A stretch of DNA of 64,000 nt from Syntrophaceae bacterium UBA6087 (lineage in GTDB: Bacteria > Desulfobacterota > Desulfomonilia > UBA1062). The stretch is taken from positions 73,136 to 137,135 of the forward strand of contig DIXF01000001.1 in NCBI GenBank assembly GCA_002448235.1, written 5' to 3'. Below, in pieces: positions 10,803 through 18,796 of this stretch. Below the pieces are notes generated by a model. That model had not been told where the DNA came from and searched no databases. It saw nothing but the letters and a program-made list of their open reading frames with translations. Position numbers and translations under genes: made by a program. Position 1 is the stretch's first letter; the number at the start of each line of letters is the position of its first letter.

Positions 10803-13328
10803 TTATGCAGCTTCTCCCATGTAGATAAGGGTTATTAGTTTGTCGATAGCGCCGCGTAGCTCGGTCATGCCGCCGAAGGCTTGTGCCACCCGGCGTACGT
10901 CGCTATTGAAAGGACTGAGACCAAAGACGGCCGGGTTGTCTGCCTCCTCGATGCCGCCAAAACGGTATTTCTCCATCAGGCCAAGTAGCACGGCTCGGGC
11001 CTCCTCGTCGAAGGAAGCAAAAAATTCTCGATGTAGATTAAACAGTGCATTAGCCCGCTCCTCACAACTGTGCAGATTTGCTCCGAAGGCTATATGAGCC
11101 AGTAGGTCATAGGAATCGGCATCGGGCATCTGGAGGATTTCTCGGAGGATGTCGAGGTGGACCATCCGTTCATCGAGCAGGTCCAAAAGTTCTGAACGCC
11201 TCTGATTGCTCATCCAGGTGGTTTGCAGCTCGACCATGGAATGGCAGGCGGCGAGAATCTCCTCCCGCACTTTTTTGAGATAGTCCGTCGGGGTGACGAG
11301 ATTGCCTTCGGCATCTCTTTCTTCGTATGTCTCGTCTACCATATGGACATTTAAACCAGTTATTTTTACTTTGGCTTTGGGCGTCTCCTTTTTAGGCTTG
11401 AGGCTAATACCCAGTGTTACGGGTGCAGCGGGACCGGTGTTAAGCGTCATTTGGATGCTGTTGTGGTCCTTCGCGGAGGCAACCAGCACTACCTTGCCTT
11501 TACCGATGCCGGAGAAGAAAAACTGGCCGTCTGGGCCGGTGAGTTGGTCTAACACTTCATTGGGGCCGGTCTGAAGGTAGACGTGGGCAGCATTGATGGG
11601 CTTGCCGGTTTCTTCGCTCGTAACCCGGCCACCGACAATGCAGGTAAAAGGCTCATCTGTGCCAGCACCGCCGTCAGGTGCCTCTCCGGGCTTGTCCCAG
11701 TCGTCAAAAAGGCGGGAGGCGTTGGTATAATCGATGACGCGGAACCAGAATTTGTCGGTGTCTGCGCAGAGCCGCGAGCCACGCCCCACGATTTGCTTGA
11801 AGGAGACCACCGAGGAGATGGGTTTCATAAAGACGACGTTGCGCACACTGGGTGCATCCACACCGGTGGTCAACAAATCGACAGTGGCGGCGATGACGGG
11901 CAATTGCTTTTCCGTGTCCTGAAATCGCTCTAGCAGGGCCTTGCCAGTTGAACCTTCCTCGGAGACGATACGGACGGCATACTCCGGTACGCTCAGGTCA
12001 GTGTTAAGTAGGTTCAACTCCTTGGTGACTTGCAATGCGTGGTCCATATTAACGCAGAAAACCATGGTCTTTTCCATGCGGCCGAAGCGGCGCATGAGCT
12101 TATCCATGTGAGCGCAGAGCTTCTTCACGTGCTCGGGCATGGTTATCTTGCGTTCGAAGTCCGGCATGTCGTAACGGTCTTGCGGGTCTGCTTCCGGCGG
12201 GACTTCCAGTTTTGCGCCCTGGGCGGTGACTTCTTTTATAACAAGTCCGTTCTTGGTGAAGTTGGTGACGGAGCGGTGAACTTTATATGTCGCGAGAAAG
12301 CCATCGTCGATGCCCTGACCAAGGGAATAGGTGAAGACTGGGTCACCGAAATATTTATAGGAGTCAATATTCTCTGTTCGCTTTGGTGTTGCGGTCATGC
12401 CGAGCTGAACTGCGCTCTCAAAATGCTTGAGGATTGCATTCCAGGTTCCGAAGCCAGAACGATGGCATTCGTCTATGACAATGAGGTCGAAGAAGTCCCG
12501 TGGGTACAGATGGAACAGGCGGTTGCCATCCGAACCGGAATACATGGCTTGGTAGATGCTAAAGTAGATGGAGCGGTTTTTCGGTGCCATGCCCTCGGCG
12601 ATAATGTCGCGCTCGTTTTCGAAGGGCTCGAAGGTGTTATAAGCCTGATTGCGCAGAACATTGCGGTCGGCGAGAAAAAGAATGCGCGGGTGGCGGTCCT
12701 GACCGGCGGCGTTCCATTTTGTCTGAAATAGTTTCCAAGCGGTCTGAAAGGCGATAACCGTCTTGCCCGTGCCCGTGGCGAGGTTTATCAGGATGTGTTT
12801 CTGTCCGCTCAGAATCGCCTCGATTATGCGGTTGATAGCGACTTCCTGATAGTAGCGAGGCCGTTTGCCCCCCTTAGTACAGTAAGGAGATAGTAGCGGG
12901 TTCGCGGTCTGAGCGGTGTCTATAGCTTTGACCGCGCAAAGTCTCTGCCAGAGATTTTCTGGGGAGGGGTAGGAGACGAGGCTGCGCTGGGTGTTAGTGA
13001 TGAAATCCCACTCCTCGATGCCGTGACCATTGGTTGAGTAGGCAAAGAAAAGACCCAGAATCTGGGCATAATCCTTAGCCTGCTGAAGACCCGCACCGGG
13101 AGAGAGGTCTTCGGCCTTGGCCTCGACTACAGCTATGGGAAAGGATTCCTCATAACGAAGAAGATAGTCGGCTTTCTTGCCTTTCTGCCTCTTGTGCCCA
13201 TCTCCAACGATGACAATTTGACCATCCGTGAAATAATGCTGTTCGGTTATTCTCCACACGGGTATGTCCCAGCCAGCTTTAAGCAAGGCAGGAGTTACCA
13301 GAACACGACATGTATCTGCTTCGTTCAC
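10803..13328 (-). CDS. hsdR: Type I restriction enzyme R subunit HsdR (with an inserted beta-sandwich domain)
   Basis: 841 aa. The N-terminal PD-(D/E)xK nuclease region reads ADYLL...VVEAK. SF2 helicase motifs include LATGTGKT and VIDECHRS. The C-terminal helical domain is preceded by a CarboxypepD_reg-like segment (GRVTSEETGKPINAAHVYL...GPDGQFFFSGIGKGKVVL). Confidence 0.9.
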   Translation of the reverse strand: MNEADTCRVLVTPALLKAGWDIPVWRITEQHYFTDGQIVIVGDGHKRQKGKKADYLLRYEESFPIAVVEAKAEDLSPGAGLQQAKDYAQILGLFFAYSTNGHGIEEWDFITNTQRSLVSYPSPENLWQRLCAVKAIDTAQTANPLLSPYCTKGGKRPRYYQEVAINRIIEAILSGQKHILINLATGTGKTVIAFQTAWKLFQTKWNAAGQDRHPRILFLADRNVLRNQAYNTFEPFENERDIIAEGMAPKNRSIYFSIYQAMYSGSDGNRLFHLYPRDFFDLIVIDECHRSGFGTWNAILKHFESAVQLGMTATPKRTENIDSYKYFGDPVFTYSLGQGIDDGFLATYKVHRSVTNFTKNGLVIKEVTAQGAKLEVPPEADPQDRYDMPDFERKITMPEHVKKLCAHMDKLMRRFGRMEKTMVFCVNMDHALQVTKELNLLNTDLSVPEYAVRIVSEEGSTGKALLERFQDTEKQLPVIAATVDLLTTGVDAPSVRNVVFMKPISSVVSFKQIVGRGSRLCADTDKFWFRVIDYTNASRLFDDWDKPGEAPDGGAGTDEPFTCIVGGRVTSEETGKPINAAHVYLQTGPNEVLDQLTGPDGQFFFSGIGKGKVVLVASAKDHNSIQMTLNTGPAAPVTLGISLKPKKETPKAKVKITGLNVHMVDETYEERDAEGNLVTPTDYLKKVREEILAACHSMVELQTTWMSNQRRSELLDLLDERMVHLDILREILQMPDADSYDLLAHIAFGANLHSCEERANALFNLHREFFASFDEEARAVLLGLMEKYRFGGIEEADNPAVFGLSPFNSDVRRVAQAFGGMTELRGAIDKLITLIYMGEAA

Positions 13329-14002
13329 TCAATAACATCCTCTCTTGTCATTCACATAACAATGCGTACCATTTACCGCGTTGAAACATGTCATTTGTTT
13401 TATATAATACCCTTCTTTCAATGGGATATGCAATCTAATCAGACAGGGGAGGGCGCTAGATTTTAAAATTCCATCTCAACACCAAATCAACGGGAGTAAT
13501 ATTTTTACCTGCACATCCTCAGCACTTAACTCCTATTATAAGGCACATAATAGTATAGTTATATTGGTTTGTAAATAATGAAAAAGACACAATATTTTAG
13601 TTGCTTTGATGTATAATAAAAAAGAATTACTCTCAGCAGGAGAGCATTGAAGTGCGCTGATAAGGGCAGCGATTGATTATTTCTGCGCTCCTTTTTTTCA
13701 GACCTTGGTGGGTTATGTTTTTCTCCTGACCAATCCCCATGCCCATTCTTCCCACCATCCTGTGGAGAGCTGATTTGCCGCCCGCAGCACCTTCCCATTC
13801 TTTTCTCTCCATTTCTCTGATAAGGAGAGCGCTGCAAAAAAGCCTCTAACATATGGCAATATAATTAAAACAGTGTCACTTTTGGTACTCGTGTAATATT
13901 TTACTCGCTTGTGCCTTTACCAGCTTGGGAAGGGCTGACTGAGATATTTTGCATTAACAATTCAGGCCGCCGCCTCGGTGCCATTTTTGAATACACCTCC
14001 CT

Positions 14003-14581
14003 TTAGCTTTTTGCCTCTACAGTGCTATTTCCGGCACTGGTACGAGTACCATTTCCGGCACTGGCAAATGACTTTCCTTCATCCTTTTTTTTGCGCTTAG
14101 CCTCGTTGAACTTTCTCAGAGATTTACTGTATGAGACGGCTTTCTTTTTTTCCCTTGGAATGAAGTTGGAAGCTCCATATAACCTCCAGTCGTCTATGAG
14201 TCGATAACTTGACCAGTCCTTCCCATTTCCTACTGTACCTCCTTGATGAATAACCTCAATGAATCCCAATTTCACCAATTCTCGAAGTGCACGCGCAAAG
14301 GAACTCCTTGGTATGCCAAAGCATGCTGCTTCCGCATAGGTGAAAACAATAGGCTCATTATAATGGATGATACGTGGCTTCTTTTTTCCATCCTTGACCT
14401 TCTTGTATGGCCTTTTCTGGATGAACCTGAAATATACACGAATTGCCGTTGCACTGAGATGAGAGAATGCCTCTGAAGTAATAAGCTCATTTTCCACCTT
14501 AACCCAACTGTCAGGTCTGCCGAAGAGCCACCCCCTCTCCTTGAGCATGTCTTTAATTGTCGTTTGCATGGGGGTTTTCAT
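14003..14581 (-). CDS. hypothetical winged-helix-like DNA-binding protein with basic C-terminal tail
   Basis: 192 aa. A putative HTH segment reads FARALRELVKLGFIEVIHQGG. The Lys-rich tail has no catalytic motifs. It is the last gene of the island operon and overlaps the upstream ORF by 4 nt. Confidence 0.5.
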   Translation of the reverse strand: MKTPMQTTIKDMLKERGWLFGRPDSWVKVENELITSEAFSHLSATAIRVYFRFIQKRPYKKVKDGKKKPRIIHYNEPIVFTYAEAACFGIPRSSFARALRELVKLGFIEVIHQGGTVGNGKDWSSYRLIDDWRLYGASNFIPREKKKAVSYSKSLRKFNEAKRKKKDEGKSFASAGNGTRTSAGNSTVEAKS

Positions 14582-14790
14582 AGACCGCCCCTATGTTTTT
14601 GATGTTTCTGAATCATAAGCATCAATATGATTTTTGCGTTCTCGCTAAGTTCCTGATATGCCTTAGATTTCTTCAGCTCAGGAGGGATAGGCAATTTTTC
14701 CTCAAGCCATGCTCGTCGTTGGGATGCAGTCTGGAGATTATCGGGGCATTTAAACATGTCCAGACCTCCGGGATGATGAATCATACGCAC
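14578..14790 (-). CDS. hypothetical small protein (70 aa)
   Basis: ORF in the operon with overlapping start and stop junctions. No recognisable domain. Confidence 0.35.
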   Translation of the reverse strand: MRMIHHPGGLDMFKCPDNLQTASQRRAWLEEKLPIPPELKKSKAYQELSENAKIILMLMIQKHQKHRGGL

Positions 14791-15139
14791 CCTTTCCTCG
14801 ACCCTTCGAAACCACCTCGCCGATGGCGTTTTTTTGCAAAAGAATGGCCTTCAGGCAATTCTTTCCATATGGCTTGTACGGATAAAGCGGGCAATCTACA
14901 CTCGGGCACAAACGGACCTCTTTTGTCTGCTCTTTACAGCAATAAAAACAATGTGCTCGAATAGCCTTGTCACGGTCTTGCGGGTTCTGCTTGCCCTTGC
15001 CTAATCGGTAAGGGTAGAGGGCACAGTCCTTCATGGGACATGCCGTAATTTCCTTTATACTCCGGGCTGTACAGTCCAGACATCTTTCACGAATAGACCT
15101 CCGTCTGTTGATATGGGCTTCTTTTGTTATACCGCTCAT
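14750..15139 (-). CDS. hypothetical Cys-rich zinc-finger protein with internal duplication
   Basis: 129 aa with two copies of a Cx2C...CPx2DCxLYPY(R/K) module (CLDC..ACPMKDCALYPYR and CFYCC..LCPSVDCPLYPYK). Confidence 0.5.
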   Translation of the reverse strand: MSGITKEAHINRRRSIRERCLDCTARSIKEITACPMKDCALYPYRLGKGKQNPQDRDKAIRAHCFYCCKEQTKEVRLCPSVDCPLYPYKPYGKNCLKAILLQKNAIGEVVSKGRGKGAYDSSSRRSGHV

Positions 15140-15142
15140 GAT

Positions 15143-15394
15143 TTACCTCTCGCCCAATTCCCGTTGAACGCGCTCAGCCCGTTCAACACTTTCTTTCTTT
15201 GCGGCCTCGATTATAGCTGCCCATTCATCCAAATCTAGAACAAGCCCAACTCCTGGAACTGTGTAAATAAGTCGCGGGTATTTTCGGAGACAATGGTCCT
15301 TGTAGATGGTCGCCTTGGCCGGAAGCCCTTCAGGGACGCCTGACCCACCTTTGTCAATATCCCTAACGCGGATAATGTTTACTGCTGTTTTCAT
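15143..15394 (-). CDS. AlpA-like phage transcriptional regulator/excisionase-type HTH protein
   Basis: 83 aa. The segment AKATIYKDHCLRKYPRLIYTVPGVGLVLDLDEWAAIIE matches the AlpA pattern (ATIY...P..FP......W...E.DEW). It is the first gene of the operon, downstream of a repeat array. Confidence 0.5.
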   Translation of the reverse strand: MKTAVNIIRVRDIDKGGSGVPEGLPAKATIYKDHCLRKYPRLIYTVPGVGLVLDLDEWAAIIEAAKKESVERAERVQRELGER

Positions 15395-15455
15395 AATGAT
15401 ACCTCCCTTTGTTTATCTTTGATTGAGATACCATCAGATTCCCCCCCTATGTAGA

Positions 15456-15523
15456 GTGACAGGATGTGACAGGGGGGGTGACAAAGGGTGACAGGGGGTA
15501 ATGGAAGAGGGATGTGTCACAGG
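15456..15523. promoter_or_regulatory. operator/iteron-like array: four direct GTGACA(G/A)(G/A)G repeats at 10-12-bp spacing plus one inverted copy
   Basis: GTGACAGGA (15456), GTGACAGGG (15466), GTGACAAAG (15478) and GTGACAGGG (15488), with an inverted GTGTCACAGG at 15514-15523. The array lies immediately upstream of the AlpA-like gene start. Confidence 0.55.
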
Positions 15524-15540
15524 TGTTCCAGAGAGACCTT

Positions 15541-16158
15541 TTATTTATTAAAGTGCCCCTTGAAACGCTCATCAAAGGATATCAAGTCTGACTTTTTCAC
15601 CATAGGCCTCTTTGAAGGGTCATACTCAATGCTAATATTATGTCGCTTTAGGAATTTCTTCGCAGCTGGCCATGAATCATGATTTCTATACACTTCGAAC
15701 AAAGCATCATGAATCTCAGCTGCGCCATAAAGATAGTCCTCCTTCTCATGCAGGCCTGGAGATTTCCAAAAGGGAGATGAAAAAAGAGGGGTGGGAAGAG
15801 GGTATCCTTTTGCTTCTGCCCATTTTATGAATGTGGCAACCTTAACTGTGCCAGCGCCCGTCTCACGAAATATGCATCTCGGGCTATCACTGCCCTCTGG
15901 ATGTAGTAATAAGTCACCAGAGTCTATACTTTCGCGAATCACTGAGATTAATTGGAGCATTATATCAAAGGGTTTACATGGAATAAATCTTCTCAGCCAT
16001 TGGAGTTTACTAATATGCTCCTCAATGTCTGATAGGCTAAGGGTACTGCAGTTTATGAAAAAACCTGCAAGTAGAAAGGCCGCTTCTGGAAGTGACCACA
16101 ATTCTCTGCTTATAAAAGGAGTGTAGTCTTCATATGAAAGTCGGTATATTATCTGCAT
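15541..16158 (-). CDS. hypothetical protein (205 aa), island orphan
   Basis: AT-rich ORF between the integrase and the regulatory array. No recognisable motif. Confidence 0.45.
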   Translation of the reverse strand: MQIIYRLSYEDYTPFISRELWSLPEAAFLLAGFFINCSTLSLSDIEEHISKLQWLRRFIPCKPFDIMLQLISVIRESIDSGDLLLHPEGSDSPRCIFRETGAGTVKVATFIKWAEAKGYPLPTPLFSSPFWKSPGLHEKEDYLYGAAEIHDALFEVYRNHDSWPAAKKFLKRHNISIEYDPSKRPMVKKSDLISFDERFKGHFNK

Positions 16159-16258
16159 TGGTTATTCTCCTTTATCGTTATCCCTCCGTGGCTGGTGGCG
16201 TGGAGTGCATACTTACCAGCCCGTTCCATGACGCCGGACCTAAATCATTGTGGTTTGG

Positions 16259-17428
16259 CTACTTCGCATTACTCGATGTGGAAACAAGTGGAACTCCGTT
16301 ACCATCAGGTTCTACGTCTTTCCCCGCCAAGAGCCTCCCGGCTTTTTCTGTCGCCTGCTTCATCGTGGTCGGGGAAAGGTGGCTGTACCTCTGGGTCATC
16401 GCGTGGCTCTTGTGGGTAAGGAGCATCTGCACTGTGAAAATGTCTACGCCGTTGCTCACGAGAGTGCTCGCATAGTGGTGCCTCAGTCCGTGAAACCTGA
16501 AGTCATCGGGAAGCCCGGCTTTCTCTCTGAATGCAGCCCAACCATGTTTAAAGTCGGTCCTTTGGGCTCCCTTCTTGCCGTAGAATATATACTCTGATTT
16601 ATATTTTTTGGGGGCACTTTTGATTACGGCAATAGCCTCTGCTGACAAGGGTAAGATGACATCCTTTTTCCCCTTCGGGTCTCGCAGGAGCATAGTCTCT
16701 TGTTCAAAATTAATATCCAGCCACCGTAATTTAAATATCTCACCTCGCCTGATGCCTGTCAGCATGGCAAAGCTGATTATGGCGACGGCCATCTTATCCT
16801 TCCATATGGCGAGGGTCTCAAGCATATTTTTATGCTGCTCATGAGAGAGGTATTCGGTCCGAAGATTGTTCACCTTGGGCTTGGTAACGAGCTCGCATGG
16901 GTTGTTGCCTTTATAAAGCCCCCATTTCCTTGCAAGTGATAACATATGCGAAAGGAGGACGACTGTTCCTCGCAGAGTAGCAGGGGCGTATTGTCTTTTC
17001 CGCATACTTTTTTGTTTCTTCATGGCCGAGAGAAGCCTCTCAACATCGATGGGGCTGACCTTGTTCATGGTCTTTTCGCCGAGGGCTTTTTTGATATGCT
17101 TGCTATAAATGCTCTGGTCAGTCTTCCATGACTTTTTGTTCTCCTTAGCCCATGGGAAATAATGGTCCTTCCAGAAATTGTCTAAGGTAATGACAGGTTT
17201 TTTCCTCGTTATGAGCTCATCACCTCTAAGTATTTCGCCCTTCCATACCGTTTCCTTTTCCCGTGCAAGCTCAAGGGTAGGGAATACTTTTGACTTCTGT
17301 TTTCCGTCTTGCCGAAGCCTGACCATGTATGCTCGGTCCTTACGCTTGGTAGACTCGCAGGAGGGGCACTTTTTTGCGCTCAGCTTGTATTTGCTCTTAC
17401 ACGATTTGCAGAATATATTTATTGCCAA
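16259..17428 (-). CDS. tyrosine-type site-specific integrase with N-terminal Cys4 zinc ribbon
   Basis: 389 aa. The C-terminal catalytic region reads HGLRHHYASTLVSNGVDIFTVQMLLTHKSHAMTQRYSHL (R..H..R..Y). The N-terminus reads CKSCKSKYKLSAKKCPSC. It is adjacent to attR. Confidence 0.9.
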   Translation of the reverse strand: MAINIFCKSCKSKYKLSAKKCPSCESTKRKDRAYMVRLRQDGKQKSKVFPTLELAREKETVWKGEILRGDELITRKKPVITLDNFWKDHYFPWAKENKKSWKTDQSIYSKHIKKALGEKTMNKVSPIDVERLLSAMKKQKSMRKRQYAPATLRGTVVLLSHMLSLARKWGLYKGNNPCELVTKPKVNNLRTEYLSHEQHKNMLETLAIWKDKMAVAIISFAMLTGIRRGEIFKLRWLDINFEQETMLLRDPKGKKDVILPLSAEAIAVIKSAPKKYKSEYIFYGKKGAQRTDFKHGWAAFREKAGLPDDFRFHGLRHHYASTLVSNGVDIFTVQMLLTHKSHAMTQRYSHLSPTTMKQATEKAGRLLAGKDVEPDGNGVPLVSTSSNAK

Positions 17429-17601
17429 TAGCTTTCCTTGTTTTTCTCATCGGGTCTTGATATGGGTTCCTCAGAAGTTCCACAGGCTCCATGTAAATTG
17501 GGTATACAACAGTACACTTGAGCAATGTCAAGACCTTTATAACTCAATGAATATACTAAATAAGATAATAGTAGCAAAAATAAGTAAAATGTTATTGAAT
17601 G

Positions 17602-17645
17602 GACTACGAATCAAAAGGTCGCAGGTTCGAGTCCTGCTGGGCGCA
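17602..17645 (+). repeat. attR: displaced 3' fragment of tRNA-Arg (44 bp)
   Basis: Identical to 7739-7782. It is preceded by an AT-rich arm region at 17430-17600. Confidence 0.85.
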
Positions 17646-17736
17646 TGGTGTTTTTCATATTTGGTTCCCCTGGCGGGGTGGGTACGGAATCTCGCGTTTC
17701 ACTCAAACGGTCTTGTACTGATGAGGAATTGCATCG

Positions 17737-18717
17737 ATGGATGCAAAGCAGGCAGACAGGGAAAAGATATCCGCCGCATGCCTTTCGATTGTCTCCAATT
17801 GTACGCTTATCGCTGCAAAGATAATCGTAGGCCTTATGATGGGGTCCGTCTCGATCATCTCGGAGGCGGCCCATTCCGGTGTAGACCTTCTTGCAGCCGT
17901 GATCGCCTACTTTTCGGTCAGGACTTCCGGCAAACCTGCAGATAGAGAGCACCCCTTCGGCCACGGCAAGATAGAGAACATCTCCGGCACCATAGAAGCG
18001 GTCCTGATCCTTTTCGCCGCCGTGTGGATCATTTCCGAGGCCGTGGGAAGGCTTTTCAACCCGCAGCCGCTTGAAGCTCTCCCCTGGGGTATCGGCGTCA
18101 TGGTCTTTTCGTGCATCGTGAATCTGGCCGTCTCCCGTCGACTGTTCAGGACCGGCGAGAAAACGGATTCCATAGCGTTGAAGGCGGACGCCTGGCACCT
18201 GATGACCGATGTCTATACCTCGGCCGGTGTCATGGGCGGGCTCCTGATTATATGGATTGCCGAGATACTGATGCCCGGCAGGCATTTCCACTGGATCGAT
18301 CCGGTGGCCGCCATAGGCGTTGCCCTGCTTATCATGCATGCAGCGTGGAGGCTCACGGTTCAATCCGCCCGCGATCTCCTTGATTTTACCCTGCCTTCCT
18401 ACGAGAAGATCATCATCAGAGAGCTCATCGCCGGCAAATCCCATGAAGTCCACGGCTACCACAAGCTCCATACCCGGAAGGCCGGGAGCTACCGGTTCAT
18501 TGAATTTCACATGCTGGTGGATCCTCAGATGAGCGTAGCGGAATCCCACCTCATCACGGACGAAATAACCCACATGATCACCAATCGCCTGCCCAATGCA
18601 ACGGTCACGATCCATGTCGAGCCCTGTGACGGCAGGTGCGACGAAGAATGCCTGAGGTCATGCATGCTCTCCCGGGAAGAACGCTTCCTGAGGGATAAAG
18701 AGAGAAGCGCTCTTTGA
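17737..18717 (+). CDS. cation diffusion facilitator (CDF) family metal efflux transporter
   Basis: 326 aa with six predicted TM helices (HSGVDLLAAVIAYFS..HPFGHGKIE), a cytoplasmic C-terminal domain, and a Cys-rich tail CDGRCDEECLRSC. Confidence 0.85.
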   Translation: MDAKQADREKISAACLSIVSNCTLIAAKIIVGLMMGSVSIISEAAHSGVDLLAAVIAYFSVRTSGKPADREHPFGHGKIENISGTIEAVLILFAAVWIISEAVGRLFNPQPLEALPWGIGVMVFSCIVNLAVSRRLFRTGEKTDSIALKADAWHLMTDVYTSAGVMGGLLIIWIAEILMPGRHFHWIDPVAAIGVALLIMHAAWRLTVQSARDLLDFTLPSYEKIIIRELIAGKSHEVHGYHKLHTRKAGSYRFIEFHMLVDPQMSVAESHLITDEITHMITNRLPNATVTIHVEPCDGRCDEECLRSCMLSREERFLRDKERSAL

Positions 18718-18753
18718 GGGCCGATAAAAAGGCAGCCCCCTTTTCTAAGACAT

Positions 18754-18774
18754 CCGCCCGGAGGGGCGGGTTTT
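18754..18774 (+). terminator. rho-independent terminator after the CDF gene
   Basis: Stem CCGCCC/GGGCGG with a GGAG loop, followed by TTTT. Confidence 0.55.
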
Positions 18775-18796
18775 GACTGCCGCTGCAGCCTATCTT

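Larger units (their letters stand above)
7783..17645. mobile_element. tRNA-Arg-integrated genomic island (~9.9 kb) carrying integrase, AlpA-like regulator, uncharacterised genes and a Type I R-M system
   Basis: Bounded by the 44-bp direct repeat of the tRNA 3' end. A tyrosine integrase sits at the distal end, all island genes are on the minus strand, and composition is visibly AT-richer than the flanking core genes. Confidence 0.8.

Noticed and set aside
13329-14002. ORFs 13194..13466 (+) and 13559..13852 (-) between hsdR and the island operon
   Set aside because: AT-rich intergenic and promoter-like region. The products are low-complexity with no RBS. This is probably the hsdRMS promoter and operon terminator region.
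17178-18615. ORFs 17178..17945 (+) and 17611..18615 (-) spanning integrase/attR/CDF
   Set aside because: They overlap the integrase or lie antisense to the CDF transporter. They have no RBS and no motifs, and they cross the att repeat.
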